This document shows positions 39,565 to 49,243 of a DNA stretch of 64,000 nucleotides, one piece after another (the stretch's first letter is position 1; every line of letters begins with the position of its first letter). This DNA is from a virus, in IMG/VR virus record IMGVR_UViG_3300028581_002181, positions 1 through 64,000 of that record; one strand, written 5' to 3'. The notes under the pieces are model-generated. The model did not search any database, was not told where the DNA came from, and saw nothing but the letters and a program-made list of their open reading frames with translations. A program made the position numbers and the translations under genes.

Positions 39565-39579
39565 TTTAATAGGAGAATT

Positions 39580-39921
39580 ATGAATAAAAAAAACATAACA
39601 CAAGACAGCATAGCCATATCTATTGAAATGATAAACTTTAATAATCAGTTAAAATTACTGAAAGATCAATTTATTGACAGCAACATATTTTTTTGTCAAG
39701 GATCGCAGTTTACTGTGAATCATTATCTATTGCAGTTATGTCAAAATTATATTGAACGCAAAAGGGATAAAGATGTGGTTTTATTGGATGATTTTCAAAA
39801 TCCAGTTTTAGTGACTGATCTTATTTCATTCCATGATACTGCGTGGAATCTATATCAAACAAATCTTAATCAATACTATACAGAGTATCAACATCTTTTA
39901 TCAAATAAAGGAAAAGTGTAA
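39580..39921 (+). CDS. Hypothetical protein heading the glycosyltransferase operon
   Basis: 113 aa, strong SD and promoter; no motif recognised. Confidence 0.75.
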   Translation: MNKKNITQDSIAISIEMINFNNQLKLLKDQFIDSNIFFCQGSQFTVNHYLLQLCQNYIERKRDKDVVLLDDFQNPVLVTDLISFHDTAWNLYQTNLNQYYTEYQHLLSNKGKV

Positions 39922-39922
39922 A

Positions 39923-40774
39923 ATGACCTCGCAAGGAGTTCTAATGTTTGCACACAATAATCAGACAGTGGACTATATCAAACAGAGTATATTTGCAGCA
40001 ATGCAGGTAAAAAAATATTTACAAATGCCTGTAACTCTAATTACGTCTAATCAGGCACACTTGTACATGCATTATAAAAAACATATTAAAATATTTGACA
40101 AAGTTATTCCTGTGAAAGAATTCGACACAATTCAAACCAGAGACTTTTACAATGGAGCTGAAAATAAAATAAATGATCTATGGAAAAATCATCTTCGATC
40201 CACAGCATATGAATTGTCTCCATATGATGAAACCATAGTAATGGACACTGACTATATTGTGGGTAATGCCAATTTACTAAGATGTTTTCAAAGCAAAGAA
40301 GATTTTTTAATACACCAAAAATCCATTTATATTAATTATTTCAATCAATCTGAATGGAAAATCAAATACATCAGCGACACAGGCATGGAGATGTATTGGG
40401 CCACAGTATTTTACTTTAAAAAAACTCAAAGAGTGTGTAAACTATTTGAAATTATCAATCATATTAAAAATAATTGGAACTACTATAGATTTGTGTGGCA
40501 AATATCAGAAACAAATTTTAGGAATGACTTTGCATTTAGTATGGCCATACATATATTAAATGGACACGTTAAAAGTGTTTGGCCTTGTAAAATTCCAGAT
40601 TCATTGTATTACATCACAGACAGAGACAAAACAGAACATTTTGAAAATAATAGATGGCAATTGTCACTGTTTACAGGATCAACTTATGTGAAAACAGCTG
40701 CCAAAAATATTAATCTTCATGTAATGAATAAATTTAGTTTGGATAATGTTATTAACAAGGAATTACAAGCATGA
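39923..40774 (+). CDS. GT8-like nucleotide-diphospho-sugar transferase
   Basis: SPYDETIVMDTDY (DxD), MYWATVFYF, RNDFAFSMAIHIL. Start moved to ATG 39923. Confidence 0.7.
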   Translation: MTSQGVLMFAHNNQTVDYIKQSIFAAMQVKKYLQMPVTLITSNQAHLYMHYKKHIKIFDKVIPVKEFDTIQTRDFYNGAENKINDLWKNHLRSTAYELSPYDETIVMDTDYIVGNANLLRCFQSKEDFLIHQKSIYINYFNQSEWKIKYISDTGMEMYWATVFYFKKTQRVCKLFEIINHIKNNWNYYRFVWQISETNFRNDFAFSMAIHILNGHVKSVWPCKIPDSLYYITDRDKTEHFENNRWQLSLFTGSTYVKTAAKNINLHVMNKFSLDNVINKELQA

Positions 40775-41619
40775 CAACACAAGGATTTTGTATATTTGCA
40801 CAGCATAATAAGAATACAGACTATGCTAAACAAGCCTATGCACTGGCAATGAGTATAAAAATACAAATGCCCAACAGTAAAGTTTGCCTTATTACCAATG
40901 CAAACATCAATAAAAGTATTAGCAAAGTGTTTGACCATGTGTTGGATATTCCAGGCAATGATGAAGCTGTAGATCAAGATTGGAAAATTCAAAATAGATA
41001 TAAGATATATCAATGCACACCATTTGAACGCAGCATAATATTAGACGCTGATATGTTAGTTTTATCAGATATAAGTCACTGGTGGAAATTTTTACAGAAT
41101 TACAACATGTACTTTACTAGCACTGTAAAAAATTATAGAGATGAATATGTAAATAATGATTTTTATCGCAAGACTTTTACGGACAATGATTTACCTAATC
41201 TATATTGCGGAGTGCATTACTATAATCGATGTAGAGAAAATTTTAAATTTTTAGACCTTTTGGCAAATATTGTGCGCAACCATAATATTTTTTATTCAAA
41301 ATTTACTTCAAAAAATCAACAAACATGGTGCAGCATGGATGTTAGTGTGTCTTTGGCTAGTAAAATTTTGAACCTTACGTCAAAAATTACCAGCACAGAC
41401 TCATTTATCACTTTTACTCACATGAAACCTCATTTACAAAATTGGAGTACTGTGCCCAATCATTGGATGGAAAAAGTAAATGTTTATTTTGACTCTAACA
41501 TGAACATAAAAATTGATAATTTTCGTCAACAGGGAATATTGCACTATGTGGAAAATCAATTTTTAACTGATGATTTATTAAAAATTATTGAAAAAAAATA
41601 TTTTGAAAGGATTGAATAA
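40771..41619 (+). CDS. GT8-like nucleotide-diphospho-sugar transferase (paralog)
   Basis: TPFERSIILDADMLV (DxD), LPNLYCGVHYY, FTHMKP.LQNW, LHYVE. Confidence 0.7.
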   Translation: MTTQGFCIFAQHNKNTDYAKQAYALAMSIKIQMPNSKVCLITNANINKSISKVFDHVLDIPGNDEAVDQDWKIQNRYKIYQCTPFERSIILDADMLVLSDISHWWKFLQNYNMYFTSTVKNYRDEYVNNDFYRKTFTDNDLPNLYCGVHYYNRCRENFKFLDLLANIVRNHNIFYSKFTSKNQQTWCSMDVSVSLASKILNLTSKITSTDSFITFTHMKPHLQNWSTVPNHWMEKVNVYFDSNMNIKIDNFRQQGILHYVENQFLTDDLLKIIEKKYFERIE

Positions 41620-41620
41620 C

Positions 41621-42178
41621 ATGTTTGTAACCTTTGATACAGAATCAGGAAAGATTTTGAGCTGCTCTGTGAATGAATCTCTCAACAGTTTAGCCATAGA
41701 TAATCAATTAGGAGAAAAATTCATAATGGGAATTGAATCAATGTTTAGCTATAAGATAGAATATGTAGATGGCACTTATAAGTTATGCAAGAGAAATGTG
41801 GTACAGAAAGAAAATCTTATTGTGCAAAACAAAAAAAATACTATTATTAATCAAGGTGTATATAAAATTCCAAATAAAACAAATGATCACCAAGGTATTC
41901 TTATCAGAATATTAGAACAACAAAAAAAAATAGAATTTTTAATAGATGAGAATTTTAAAAATACACTTAAAATTACGGTCACAGATACAAATCAAAGAAT
42001 ACATAATTTTTATAGTTGCAAAAAACATGATGCTACTCAGTTGGATCGTATATTTGAAATTAATTTGTATGAATTAGCTATGAAAAAAATATTAAGTTTT
42101 GATTATACACCAAAAGATGAAGTGGATATTTACTGCAAAAAAGTTTTCGACTACTCTTTGGAAAGAATATATGAATAA
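41621..42178 (+). CDS. Hypothetical protein
   Basis: 185 aa from ATG 41621, tightly packed in the operon. Confidence 0.7.
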   Translation: MFVTFDTESGKILSCSVNESLNSLAIDNQLGEKFIMGIESMFSYKIEYVDGTYKLCKRNVVQKENLIVQNKKNTIINQGVYKIPNKTNDHQGILIRILEQQKKIEFLIDENFKNTLKITVTDTNQRIHNFYSCKKHDATQLDRIFEINLYELAMKKILSFDYTPKDEVDIYCKKVFDYSLERIYE

Positions 42179-43079
42179 AATTGCTATTAAAGATTGCGAT
42201 ATCGTATTTTTGAGCTATGATGAGCCCAATTGTGAAAAAAATTATGCAGCACTCAAACAAATAGTACCTTGGGCCAAACGAGTGCATGGTATACATGGAT
42301 CAGATGCTGCACACAAAGCCTGTGCTGCTGTGTCTGACACAGAATATTTTTTAACTGTGGACGGTGACACTCAAATTAATCCAAAAATATTAGATGTAAT
42401 ACTGGATTTGGATGCTATGGGCATGGACTCAAACTGGATATTCAGCTGGTGTGGACACATTAATGTGAACGGACTCAAATATGGCAATGGCAGTCTCAAA
42501 TTATGGACTAGAAAATTTGTGAATGAAATGAAAACACATGAAAATTACTCTGGTGCAGACAACAATGAAATAGAATTTTGTTATTTTAACAATTTATATC
42601 AGTTCAACGAAAATTACAGCACCAGTTACATTAACAACACACCCAAACAGGCATGGCGAGCTGGTTTTAGAGAAGGGGTAAAAATGAGTTTGAGTAAAAA
42701 TTATAGAATCAAACACATAAATGAACTGTGGTGGCAGAACTATCATAGATTGTTGATCTGGATGACTGTGGGTCAGGATCTGCAGAATGGTATTTGGGCT
42801 ATTGCAGGAGCTAGAGAAGGCTGTTATAGAGTACTTTGCACCATGTGGGACTATACACAGGTTAGAGATTTTAAAACATTAGAGCAATTATGGTTAAGTT
42901 TTAGTAATAATAATACTTGCAATGAAAAAGATGCCAAACAAAAAAGCATAATTTTAGGTAAAGAAATCAAAGATATTCATGCATTAGACTTTCCTATAGA
43001 ACCTTTCGACATTGATAACAGTAAATTTTTTAAAAAATTGTACCATAACCCACCCCGTACGATTAGAAAGACCATATAA
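42171..43079 (+). CDS. GT-A-fold glycosyltransferase-like protein
   Basis: DIVFLSYDEPN, RVHGIHGSDAAH, FLTVDGD (DxD), YGNGSLKLW, AWRAGFREGVKM. Start ATG 42171. Confidence 0.6.
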   Translation: MNKIAIKDCDIVFLSYDEPNCEKNYAALKQIVPWAKRVHGIHGSDAAHKACAAVSDTEYFLTVDGDTQINPKILDVILDLDAMGMDSNWIFSWCGHINVNGLKYGNGSLKLWTRKFVNEMKTHENYSGADNNEIEFCYFNNLYQFNENYSTSYINNTPKQAWRAGFREGVKMSLSKNYRIKHINELWWQNYHRLLIWMTVGQDLQNGIWAIAGAREGCYRVLCTMWDYTQVRDFKTLEQLWLSFSNNNTCNEKDAKQKSIILGKEIKDIHALDFPIEPFDIDNSKFFKKLYHNPPRTIRKTI

Positions 43080-43783
43080 TGTACGATATATTTTTTATCA
43101 GTTATAATGAAAGCCATGCTGACACAAATTATCTGCACTTAAAGAAAAGATTTCCACTAGCTCAGCGTGTGCATGGAATTAAAGGCATACATCAAGCACA
43201 TATAAAAGCAGCCACATTGAGTTTGACCAAAATGTTTTGGGTAGTAGATGCAGATGCAGTGATCAAAGATGATTTTCAGTTTGATTTTGTTGTGCCGGAC
43301 AAGTATCTTAATGCTGTGCATGTGTGGAGGAGTTCAAATCCCATCAATGAATTAGAATATGGCTATGGAGGTGTAAAATTATTGCCTAAAAGATTAACCA
43401 TGCAAATGGATACTAATAGAATAGACATGACCACCAGCATATCAGATGTTTTTTTTGCTAATGGACAAGTTTCTAATGTGACCATGTTTAACACAGATCC
43501 ATTCAACACATGGAAAAGTGCTTTTAGAGAGTGTGTCAAACTCAGCAGCAAAGTGATTGATCGTCAAGTGGACAAAGAAACTGAAAAAAGATTGTTGATT
43601 TGGTGCACAGTGGGTGCAGATCAGCCATACGGAGAGTATGCCATTGCTGGAGCCTTGGCAGGCAGAGTGTATGGCACAGACCACAGAAGTAATTCTGATG
43701 CTTTGAGAATGATCAACAATTTTGAATGGTTAAAATTAACATTTGTGGGACAGTTTCCACACATAGAAAAAGAAATATTATGA
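43079..43783 (+). CDS. GT-A-fold glycosyltransferase-like protein (paralog)
   Basis: YDIFFISYNE, RVHGIKGIHQAH, FWVVDADA (DxD), YGYGGVKLL, TWKSAFRECVKL. Confidence 0.6.
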   Translation: MYDIFFISYNESHADTNYLHLKKRFPLAQRVHGIKGIHQAHIKAATLSLTKMFWVVDADAVIKDDFQFDFVVPDKYLNAVHVWRSSNPINELEYGYGGVKLLPKRLTMQMDTNRIDMTTSISDVFFANGQVSNVTMFNTDPFNTWKSAFRECVKLSSKVIDRQVDKETEKRLLIWCTVGADQPYGEYAIAGALAGRVYGTDHRSNSDALRMINNFEWLKLTFVGQFPHIEKEIL

Positions 43784-44781
43784 TAGACAGCAATATTCCA
43801 TTTGATAAAATCATAAACTTTGGTCAACGCACCATGCTGGACAGCAAATTATTTTCTGTGAGCTGGATCTTGGCTCGTTTTTGCAACTATGATTGTTCTT
43901 ACTGCTGGCCTTATGCCAAAAGCAAACAGAAAGATCACAGACCATTGTCAGTTTACACAGCAGTGGTGGATGAAATCAAACGTCAGGCCAGGTTGAATGG
44001 ATTCACTGACTATCATTTCAGTTTTTCAGGTGGAGAACCCACTGCCTACAAAGATTTTTTACAATTGGTACAGCACTACAGTGCTGATACTGCTCCTGAA
44101 TATCAGAGTATTCACATGACCACCAACCTTAGTCCTTCGGAAAAATGGTGGGAGCGATGGTTGGAAGCCACAAAAACATTGAACCGTCGCAGCATCACTG
44201 CCAGTTTTCATGCAGAATTTTCAGATGAACAAAAATTTGGAGATAAAATATTGTTATTGATGAAACACAATGTGTTTGTCACCATCAATCAAGTGATGGT
44301 GCCTGATAGATTCACAGAATACTATGACAGATGCGCAAGATTTAATTCCAGAGGCATCAATGTCACACTCAAACCACAGAGTGATCCCACTGCCAGTCAT
44401 GTGGTGGAGGGGTATACTTCGGATCAATTGAACACTTTGCAAACAGGTTTCCCTCAACGCATACAGGAAGGTGAAAATTACAAAGACTTGTTTCAAATTG
44501 AAATGCAGGATGCTCAAGGCAACAAGTATTACATGGATCAAGCAGAGCGATTTAATGCTTTTGGCTTCAACAAGTTTAAAGGATGGCACTGTAATGCCGG
44601 ATATCAAAGTTGTATCATCAGAGAACCAGGCGGAGAAGTCAAACGCAGTTACAGTTGTCATGATGAACCACTGGGCAGCATAGAACAAGGGTTCAAACTG
44701 TTTGACAAACCAAGAATTTGCATCACTCCCACTTGTGTGAGTTCAGCAGACTCAAAAATACCCAAGGCTAGACATGTATAG
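43780..44781 (+). CDS. Radical SAM protein with C-terminal SPASM/twitch-like domain
   Basis: CNYDCSYC, SGGEPT, TTN; C-terminal WHCNAG..SC..ICITPTC. Start ATG 43780. Confidence 0.9.
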   Translation: MIDSNIPFDKIINFGQRTMLDSKLFSVSWILARFCNYDCSYCWPYAKSKQKDHRPLSVYTAVVDEIKRQARLNGFTDYHFSFSGGEPTAYKDFLQLVQHYSADTAPEYQSIHMTTNLSPSEKWWERWLEATKTLNRRSITASFHAEFSDEQKFGDKILLLMKHNVFVTINQVMVPDRFTEYYDRCARFNSRGINVTLKPQSDPTASHVVEGYTSDQLNTLQTGFPQRIQEGENYKDLFQIEMQDAQGNKYYMDQAERFNAFGFNKFKGWHCNAGYQSCIIREPGGEVKRSYSCHDEPLGSIEQGFKLFDKPRICITPTCVSSADSKIPKARHV

Positions 44782-45763
44782 ATACGAAGATATTAGAGAT
44801 ATTCATTTGGAAATCACCAGTAAGTGTCAAGCCAAGTGTCCCATGTGTCCTAGAAGAATCAGTGGAGGTCCTTTGAATCCGTTTATCAAGCTGGAAGAAA
44901 TAACTGTGGCACAATTCAAACAATGGTTTCCAGAAAAATTTGTTCAACAATTACACAGTTTGTTCATGTGTGGTAATTTGGGGGATCCAATCATATCCAA
45001 AGACACATTGGAAATATATCAGTATCTGCGTGAAGTGAATACTAATATTAGACTGGCCATGCACACCAACGGCAGTGCTAGAGATCCAGAATGGTGGAAG
45101 AGACTGGCACAGTTGAAGGTCAAAGTAACATTTGGTCTGGATGGTTTGAAAGATACCAATCATTTGTACAGGATCAGCACAGATTTTGACAAGATCATGC
45201 AGAACGCACAGGCATTCATCACAGCAGGTGGAGTGGCCAAATGGCACATGCTGGTGTTTGCTCACAATGAACATCAAATTGAACAAGCAAGAGCTATGAG
45301 CAAACAAATGGGCTTCGTGGATTTCTCAATCAAACACACTAGTAGATTCAAACAAGATTATTTACAAGTGATTGATGATGCGGGCAGACCCACACACAGA
45401 ATAAAGCCCACTCAAAACAGTTTGGACATGATACCACTAATTGAACAATCACAGAAAGAAGAAAAACCACATATTGTGTGCAAAGCACAAAAAGGTAAAC
45501 AAATCTATGTGAGTGCGTGTGGCAATGTATCACCTTGTTGCTGGTTGGATATGGAATGGATTCCTCCCATGCAAGAATCTAGAATTGATTACATGGAAAA
45601 AATTTCAGAATTTCCCAATCTGCATCGTCAAACGCTGGAGGAAATATTTGATAGCGGTTACTTTACCAAGATAGAAGCACAATGGGGTACAGTGGGATTG
45701 AAAGAATGCACCAAACAATGTGGTTCATTTGATAAACTAGGAGCACAATTTGTTGAAAATTAA
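44774..45763 (+). CDS. Radical SAM/SPASM protein
   Basis: CQAKCPMC, CGNLGDP, HTNGS, GLDG; C-terminal C..VSPCCW..CTKQC. Confidence 0.9.
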   Translation: MYRYEDIRDIHLEITSKCQAKCPMCPRRISGGPLNPFIKLEEITVAQFKQWFPEKFVQQLHSLFMCGNLGDPIISKDTLEIYQYLREVNTNIRLAMHTNGSARDPEWWKRLAQLKVKVTFGLDGLKDTNHLYRISTDFDKIMQNAQAFITAGGVAKWHMLVFAHNEHQIEQARAMSKQMGFVDFSIKHTSRFKQDYLQVIDDAGRPTHRIKPTQNSLDMIPLIEQSQKEEKPHIVCKAQKGKQIYVSACGNVSPCCWLDMEWIPPMQESRIDYMEKISEFPNLHRQTLEEIFDSGYFTKIEAQWGTVGLKECTKQCGSFDKLGAQFVEN

Positions 45764-46358
45764 TATACAAGACGTTTTATTTTGGATGGATGCTATCAGA
45801 CAATCTGATGATAGATATCGCACACTGGAAAGTTTCTGGAAAGGTCAAATCAACAGCAAAGTATGGTTGATTGAACAATTAAAAAAATTACCTAGAGCAC
45901 ACAGTATGGATATTTTGATCTGTGGCGGATGGTATGGAGTGATGGCCACACTTTTATTCAACAGTGATCTGTATGTGAACCGAATAACCAGTATAGACAT
46001 AGACAGCAAGTGTGAACTCACAGCAAATACCATGAACAAACAGTATGAAATTGCTGGAAGATTCCGTGCTGTCACTCAAGACATGATGACTTATAAAGAT
46101 TATGATCGTTATGATATGATTATTAACACAGTGTGTGAGCATTTAACAACAGAACAATACAATGAATGGTTGAATTTAATACCCAAAGACAAAATTATTG
46201 TGTTGCAAAGCAATGACTACGTGATTCCTGAACATGTGAATCCCATGAAAGATTTAAATCAGTTTGTTTCACAAAGTAAACTGTATCCTATTGTAGAACC
46301 CAGTGAATTACAAACAGAGAAATACAAAAGATTTATGATTGTAGGAAAAAAACAATGA
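45750..46358 (+). CDS. Class I SAM-dependent methyltransferase-like protein
   Basis: ILICGGWYG motif I, ITSIDID acidic motif II, DMIINTVCEH. Confidence 0.65.
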   Translation: MLKINIQDVLFWMDAIRQSDDRYRTLESFWKGQINSKVWLIEQLKKLPRAHSMDILICGGWYGVMATLLFNSDLYVNRITSIDIDSKCELTANTMNKQYEIAGRFRAVTQDMMTYKDYDRYDMIINTVCEHLTTEQYNEWLNLIPKDKIIVLQSNDYVIPEHVNPMKDLNQFVSQSKLYPIVEPSELQTEKYKRFMIVGKKQ

Positions 46359-47023
46359 ACAATGAACAAATAACCAAACAAATATTAGAAAAATTTAAAA
46401 AAAAACAAATAGGTTGGTTACAACTGGATACTTCATTTGAAAATTACATTGATCATCAAGAATTATCTGCTGTGAATGCCTTTTACGTGGATCACAGAGA
46501 AGGAGAAAATCATAAAGGATGGCAAAGTTGTTGTGTGCATGGTTTGGGCATTACTAAAACTCAAGTGTCACAACAATATGGACATGTGGATGAGTTAAAT
46601 GCTCCTTATTATTGGACTGCTCTAACAAAATTAGCTCCAAAAGCTACTGAATTTTGGAAAAATTTTCCTGCAGAAAAATTTACTAGAGTTAGATTTATGA
46701 AATTAGCACCTAATGGATATGTAGGATTACACAATGATTCTCCAACCAACATGTTAGATAACATAGATTTGTTAAACTATCTATTACCTATTAATTTAAG
46801 CATTACTCATCCCAAAGATTGCATTATGGAAATAGAAAATCATGGAATAGTACCTTGGAAACCAGGCAGTGTATTTTTAATCAACATACTGAATAATCAC
46901 ACTGTAAAAAACAATAGTGCAGAAGATAGAATACACATGATTGCTCAAGCACACGTGGGTAATCAGCGTGAAAAATTTTGTGAATTAATTGCTAGGAGTG
47001 TAATAAAAAATGGTATACTTTGA
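46355..47023 (+). CDS. 2OG-Fe(II) oxygenase, Asp/Asn beta-hydroxylase-like
   Basis: VRFMKLAPNGYVGLHND (HxD), HTVKN..EDRIHMI (distal His and Arg). Confidence 0.75.
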   Translation: MNNEQITKQILEKFKKKQIGWLQLDTSFENYIDHQELSAVNAFYVDHREGENHKGWQSCCVHGLGITKTQVSQQYGHVDELNAPYYWTALTKLAPKATEFWKNFPAEKFTRVRFMKLAPNGYVGLHNDSPTNMLDNIDLLNYLLPINLSITHPKDCIMEIENHGIVPWKPGSVFLINILNNHTVKNNSAEDRIHMIAQAHVGNQREKFCELIARSVIKNGIL

Positions 47024-48395
47024 TTCAGTTAACAAAAAATCAGATATAATTTTTATATGTGTGGACAACACACAGTTGATCCAAAATGATGAACATAGAA
47101 CAATTATAAAAAATATTGCTGATTACAGTATCAGCAACATCTGCAGCAAAGGTTATGATCTTATTAATACATTGGATGTGAACCAAGTCTTGCCAACAAT
47201 TACAAAAAAATATAGTCATGCCGTGGTGTTTGATGCAGATACAGAATTTTTAGGCTCTATTTTTTTTAATCAATTGACAGAATTGTGCTCAAAAGATTTT
47301 TTTTTAGCAGGTCATGTGTTGGATAGACATGAAGGGTATTTTGAATTACATTCACAATGTTATGTGATCAATTTAAAAAAATATGCCCAATACAATATGC
47401 CAAACATAACGCAAATTCAGATGAATGCCACACATGAACACTTGGAACCTATAAGAAGTGTGGAAAATTATCATGATGAGTATACTCCTTTATGGATTAA
47501 ATCAGGCACTGTAAAAAAACAATATCAGCACAAATGGCATGGCAATGAGATATTGAGTATGGCATTGGAAAATCAAGAGAATGTGTTGATATTTGATCCG
47601 ATCATACGCAATAGTAAACGTTGTTATTACGCTCAATATGAAGAAGATTTTATAAAAAACAGTGAATTTATACATGACCGATATAAATTTGCAAAAAATA
47701 AATTGTTCTATCCTATCAATACTGAAGAACCACAACAATTACAGATTGCAGGACCTATCATGCAGTTAATCACACCTGCCAGTGGATTGAACTGGCTGTT
47801 TTATTTGCACAAATATGGTTACACTGACAATACTTTGATATCTTTTTATGATCATAATGAAAATGCTTTGCGTTATATAAAAAATATTGTAGAAAAATTC
47901 AAAGGCAAAGATTATTATTCTTTTCTTAAATCAGTGATGCCCACAAATACAAACGATTGGATAAATTCTAAAGAAGAAATTGATTTACATTTTGATAAAA
48001 TCAAACATTTATGGCATATAGTAGAGCACTTACATTTCAGTTTTCATCACTGCGATATACTAAAAAATTTTAGTGTTCCTGTAATAAATGATCATAATAC
48101 AATAGTTAATCTAAGCAATGTCTTTTGCTATGAACCCAATGCGGCATTTGTCAGTCTTACACAAAGAATAAATGCAGAAAACAATTTAATAAATTATCTT
48201 AAAAAACACAAAGAAAAAATTAGTTTAATTTTATCAGACCATGCATGGTCTGGATTAGTGCATTACAACAAACTTACGGGGCGTGTGACTGATTTTATGG
48301 AACAAAAAGTAAATTCTTGTCTTAAAGCCACATGGTACATAAAAGATTTTGCACAAAATACACAACACTTAAATACAACAGGATTATATAAATGA
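47010..48395 (+). CDS. Hypothetical 461-aa protein, possibly GT-like N-terminus plus MTase-like C-terminus
   Basis: VVFDADTEF (DxD), LAGHVLD, YFELHSQCYVIN; later ITPASGLNW, ISFYDHN. Confidence 0.45.
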   Translation: MVYFDSVNKKSDIIFICVDNTQLIQNDEHRTIIKNIADYSISNICSKGYDLINTLDVNQVLPTITKKYSHAVVFDADTEFLGSIFFNQLTELCSKDFFLAGHVLDRHEGYFELHSQCYVINLKKYAQYNMPNITQIQMNATHEHLEPIRSVENYHDEYTPLWIKSGTVKKQYQHKWHGNEILSMALENQENVLIFDPIIRNSKRCYYAQYEEDFIKNSEFIHDRYKFAKNKLFYPINTEEPQQLQIAGPIMQLITPASGLNWLFYLHKYGYTDNTLISFYDHNENALRYIKNIVEKFKGKDYYSFLKSVMPTNTNDWINSKEEIDLHFDKIKHLWHIVEHLHFSFHHCDILKNFSVPVINDHNTIVNLSNVFCYEPNAAFVSLTQRINAENNLINYLKKHKEKISLILSDHAWSGLVHYNKLTGRVTDFMEQKVNSCLKATWYIKDFAQNTQHLNTTGLYK

Positions 48396-49243
48396 CTCAA
48401 ACTGCTTACTATTCTGAAAAAAATTTAGAAACACATCGCCCAAGTCCATTAAGTGATCAAAAAATTAAGAATGAAATCACCAATGTACTCACTGGGGGAA
48501 TAGACAAAAATATAGACAAAGAGTTATGTGTTCAATTTATTCAAAAGTTTGAACAATATATTTTTTCTTCAACCATTAACAGATTCAAAGGCCATCTCAG
48601 TTTCCAAAGAAAAGACGTAATTTTAGGTTGCACGCAGTATATTGATAATCTCTACATGCAAGGCAATGTACAAGTGTTTGAAAATGATTACAGATATCAT
48701 GAAAGATTGGGTCGAGCACACATAATAAAAAAAATAGAAAATTTAAAAGAAACTGTACCATTGATAATCGCAATGCCATTTCCCAGCACAGGAGACATGA
48801 GAAAAGACATGCAATCTATTTTAAATCAAGCACTTATAAAAAATATTCCTGTACACATCGACGGAGCATGGATGTCATGTTGCAAAGATATTGAATTTGA
48901 TTTTGATCATCCAGCCATAGTGAGTTTTGCCAGCAGTTTAAGCAAAGGATTAGGACTAGGATGGAATAGAATTGGCGTAAGATGGCACAAAGATCAACAA
49001 GTTAATGATTCAATCAGTCTTATGAATGACTACAACATGGTGATCAAAGCTGCTGTTAAAATAGGCATGCATTTTATGCAAAAATTTCCAATGGATTATC
49101 TTTGGACAGAACATCAAGATCACTATAAAAAAATATGTAAAGATTTTAATCTATTAGAAACCAAATGTATACACCTAGCCATGAGTGGTAAAGGACCTTT
49201 GGGAGTATCTAAACTTATAAATTATTTGGAGACGCATGTCTAA
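48392..49243 (+). CDS. PLP-dependent transferase (fold type I)-like
   Basis: VHIDGAW and SSLSKGLGL..NRIG (Asp and Lys PLP motifs). Confidence 0.7.
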   Translation: MTQTAYYSEKNLETHRPSPLSDQKIKNEITNVLTGGIDKNIDKELCVQFIQKFEQYIFSSTINRFKGHLSFQRKDVILGCTQYIDNLYMQGNVQVFENDYRYHERLGRAHIIKKIENLKETVPLIIAMPFPSTGDMRKDMQSILNQALIKNIPVHIDGAWMSCCKDIEFDFDHPAIVSFASSLSKGLGLGWNRIGVRWHKDQQVNDSISLMNDYNMVIKAAVKIGMHFMQKFPMDYLWTEHQDHYKKICKDFNLLETKCIHLAMSGKGPLGVSKLINYLETHV

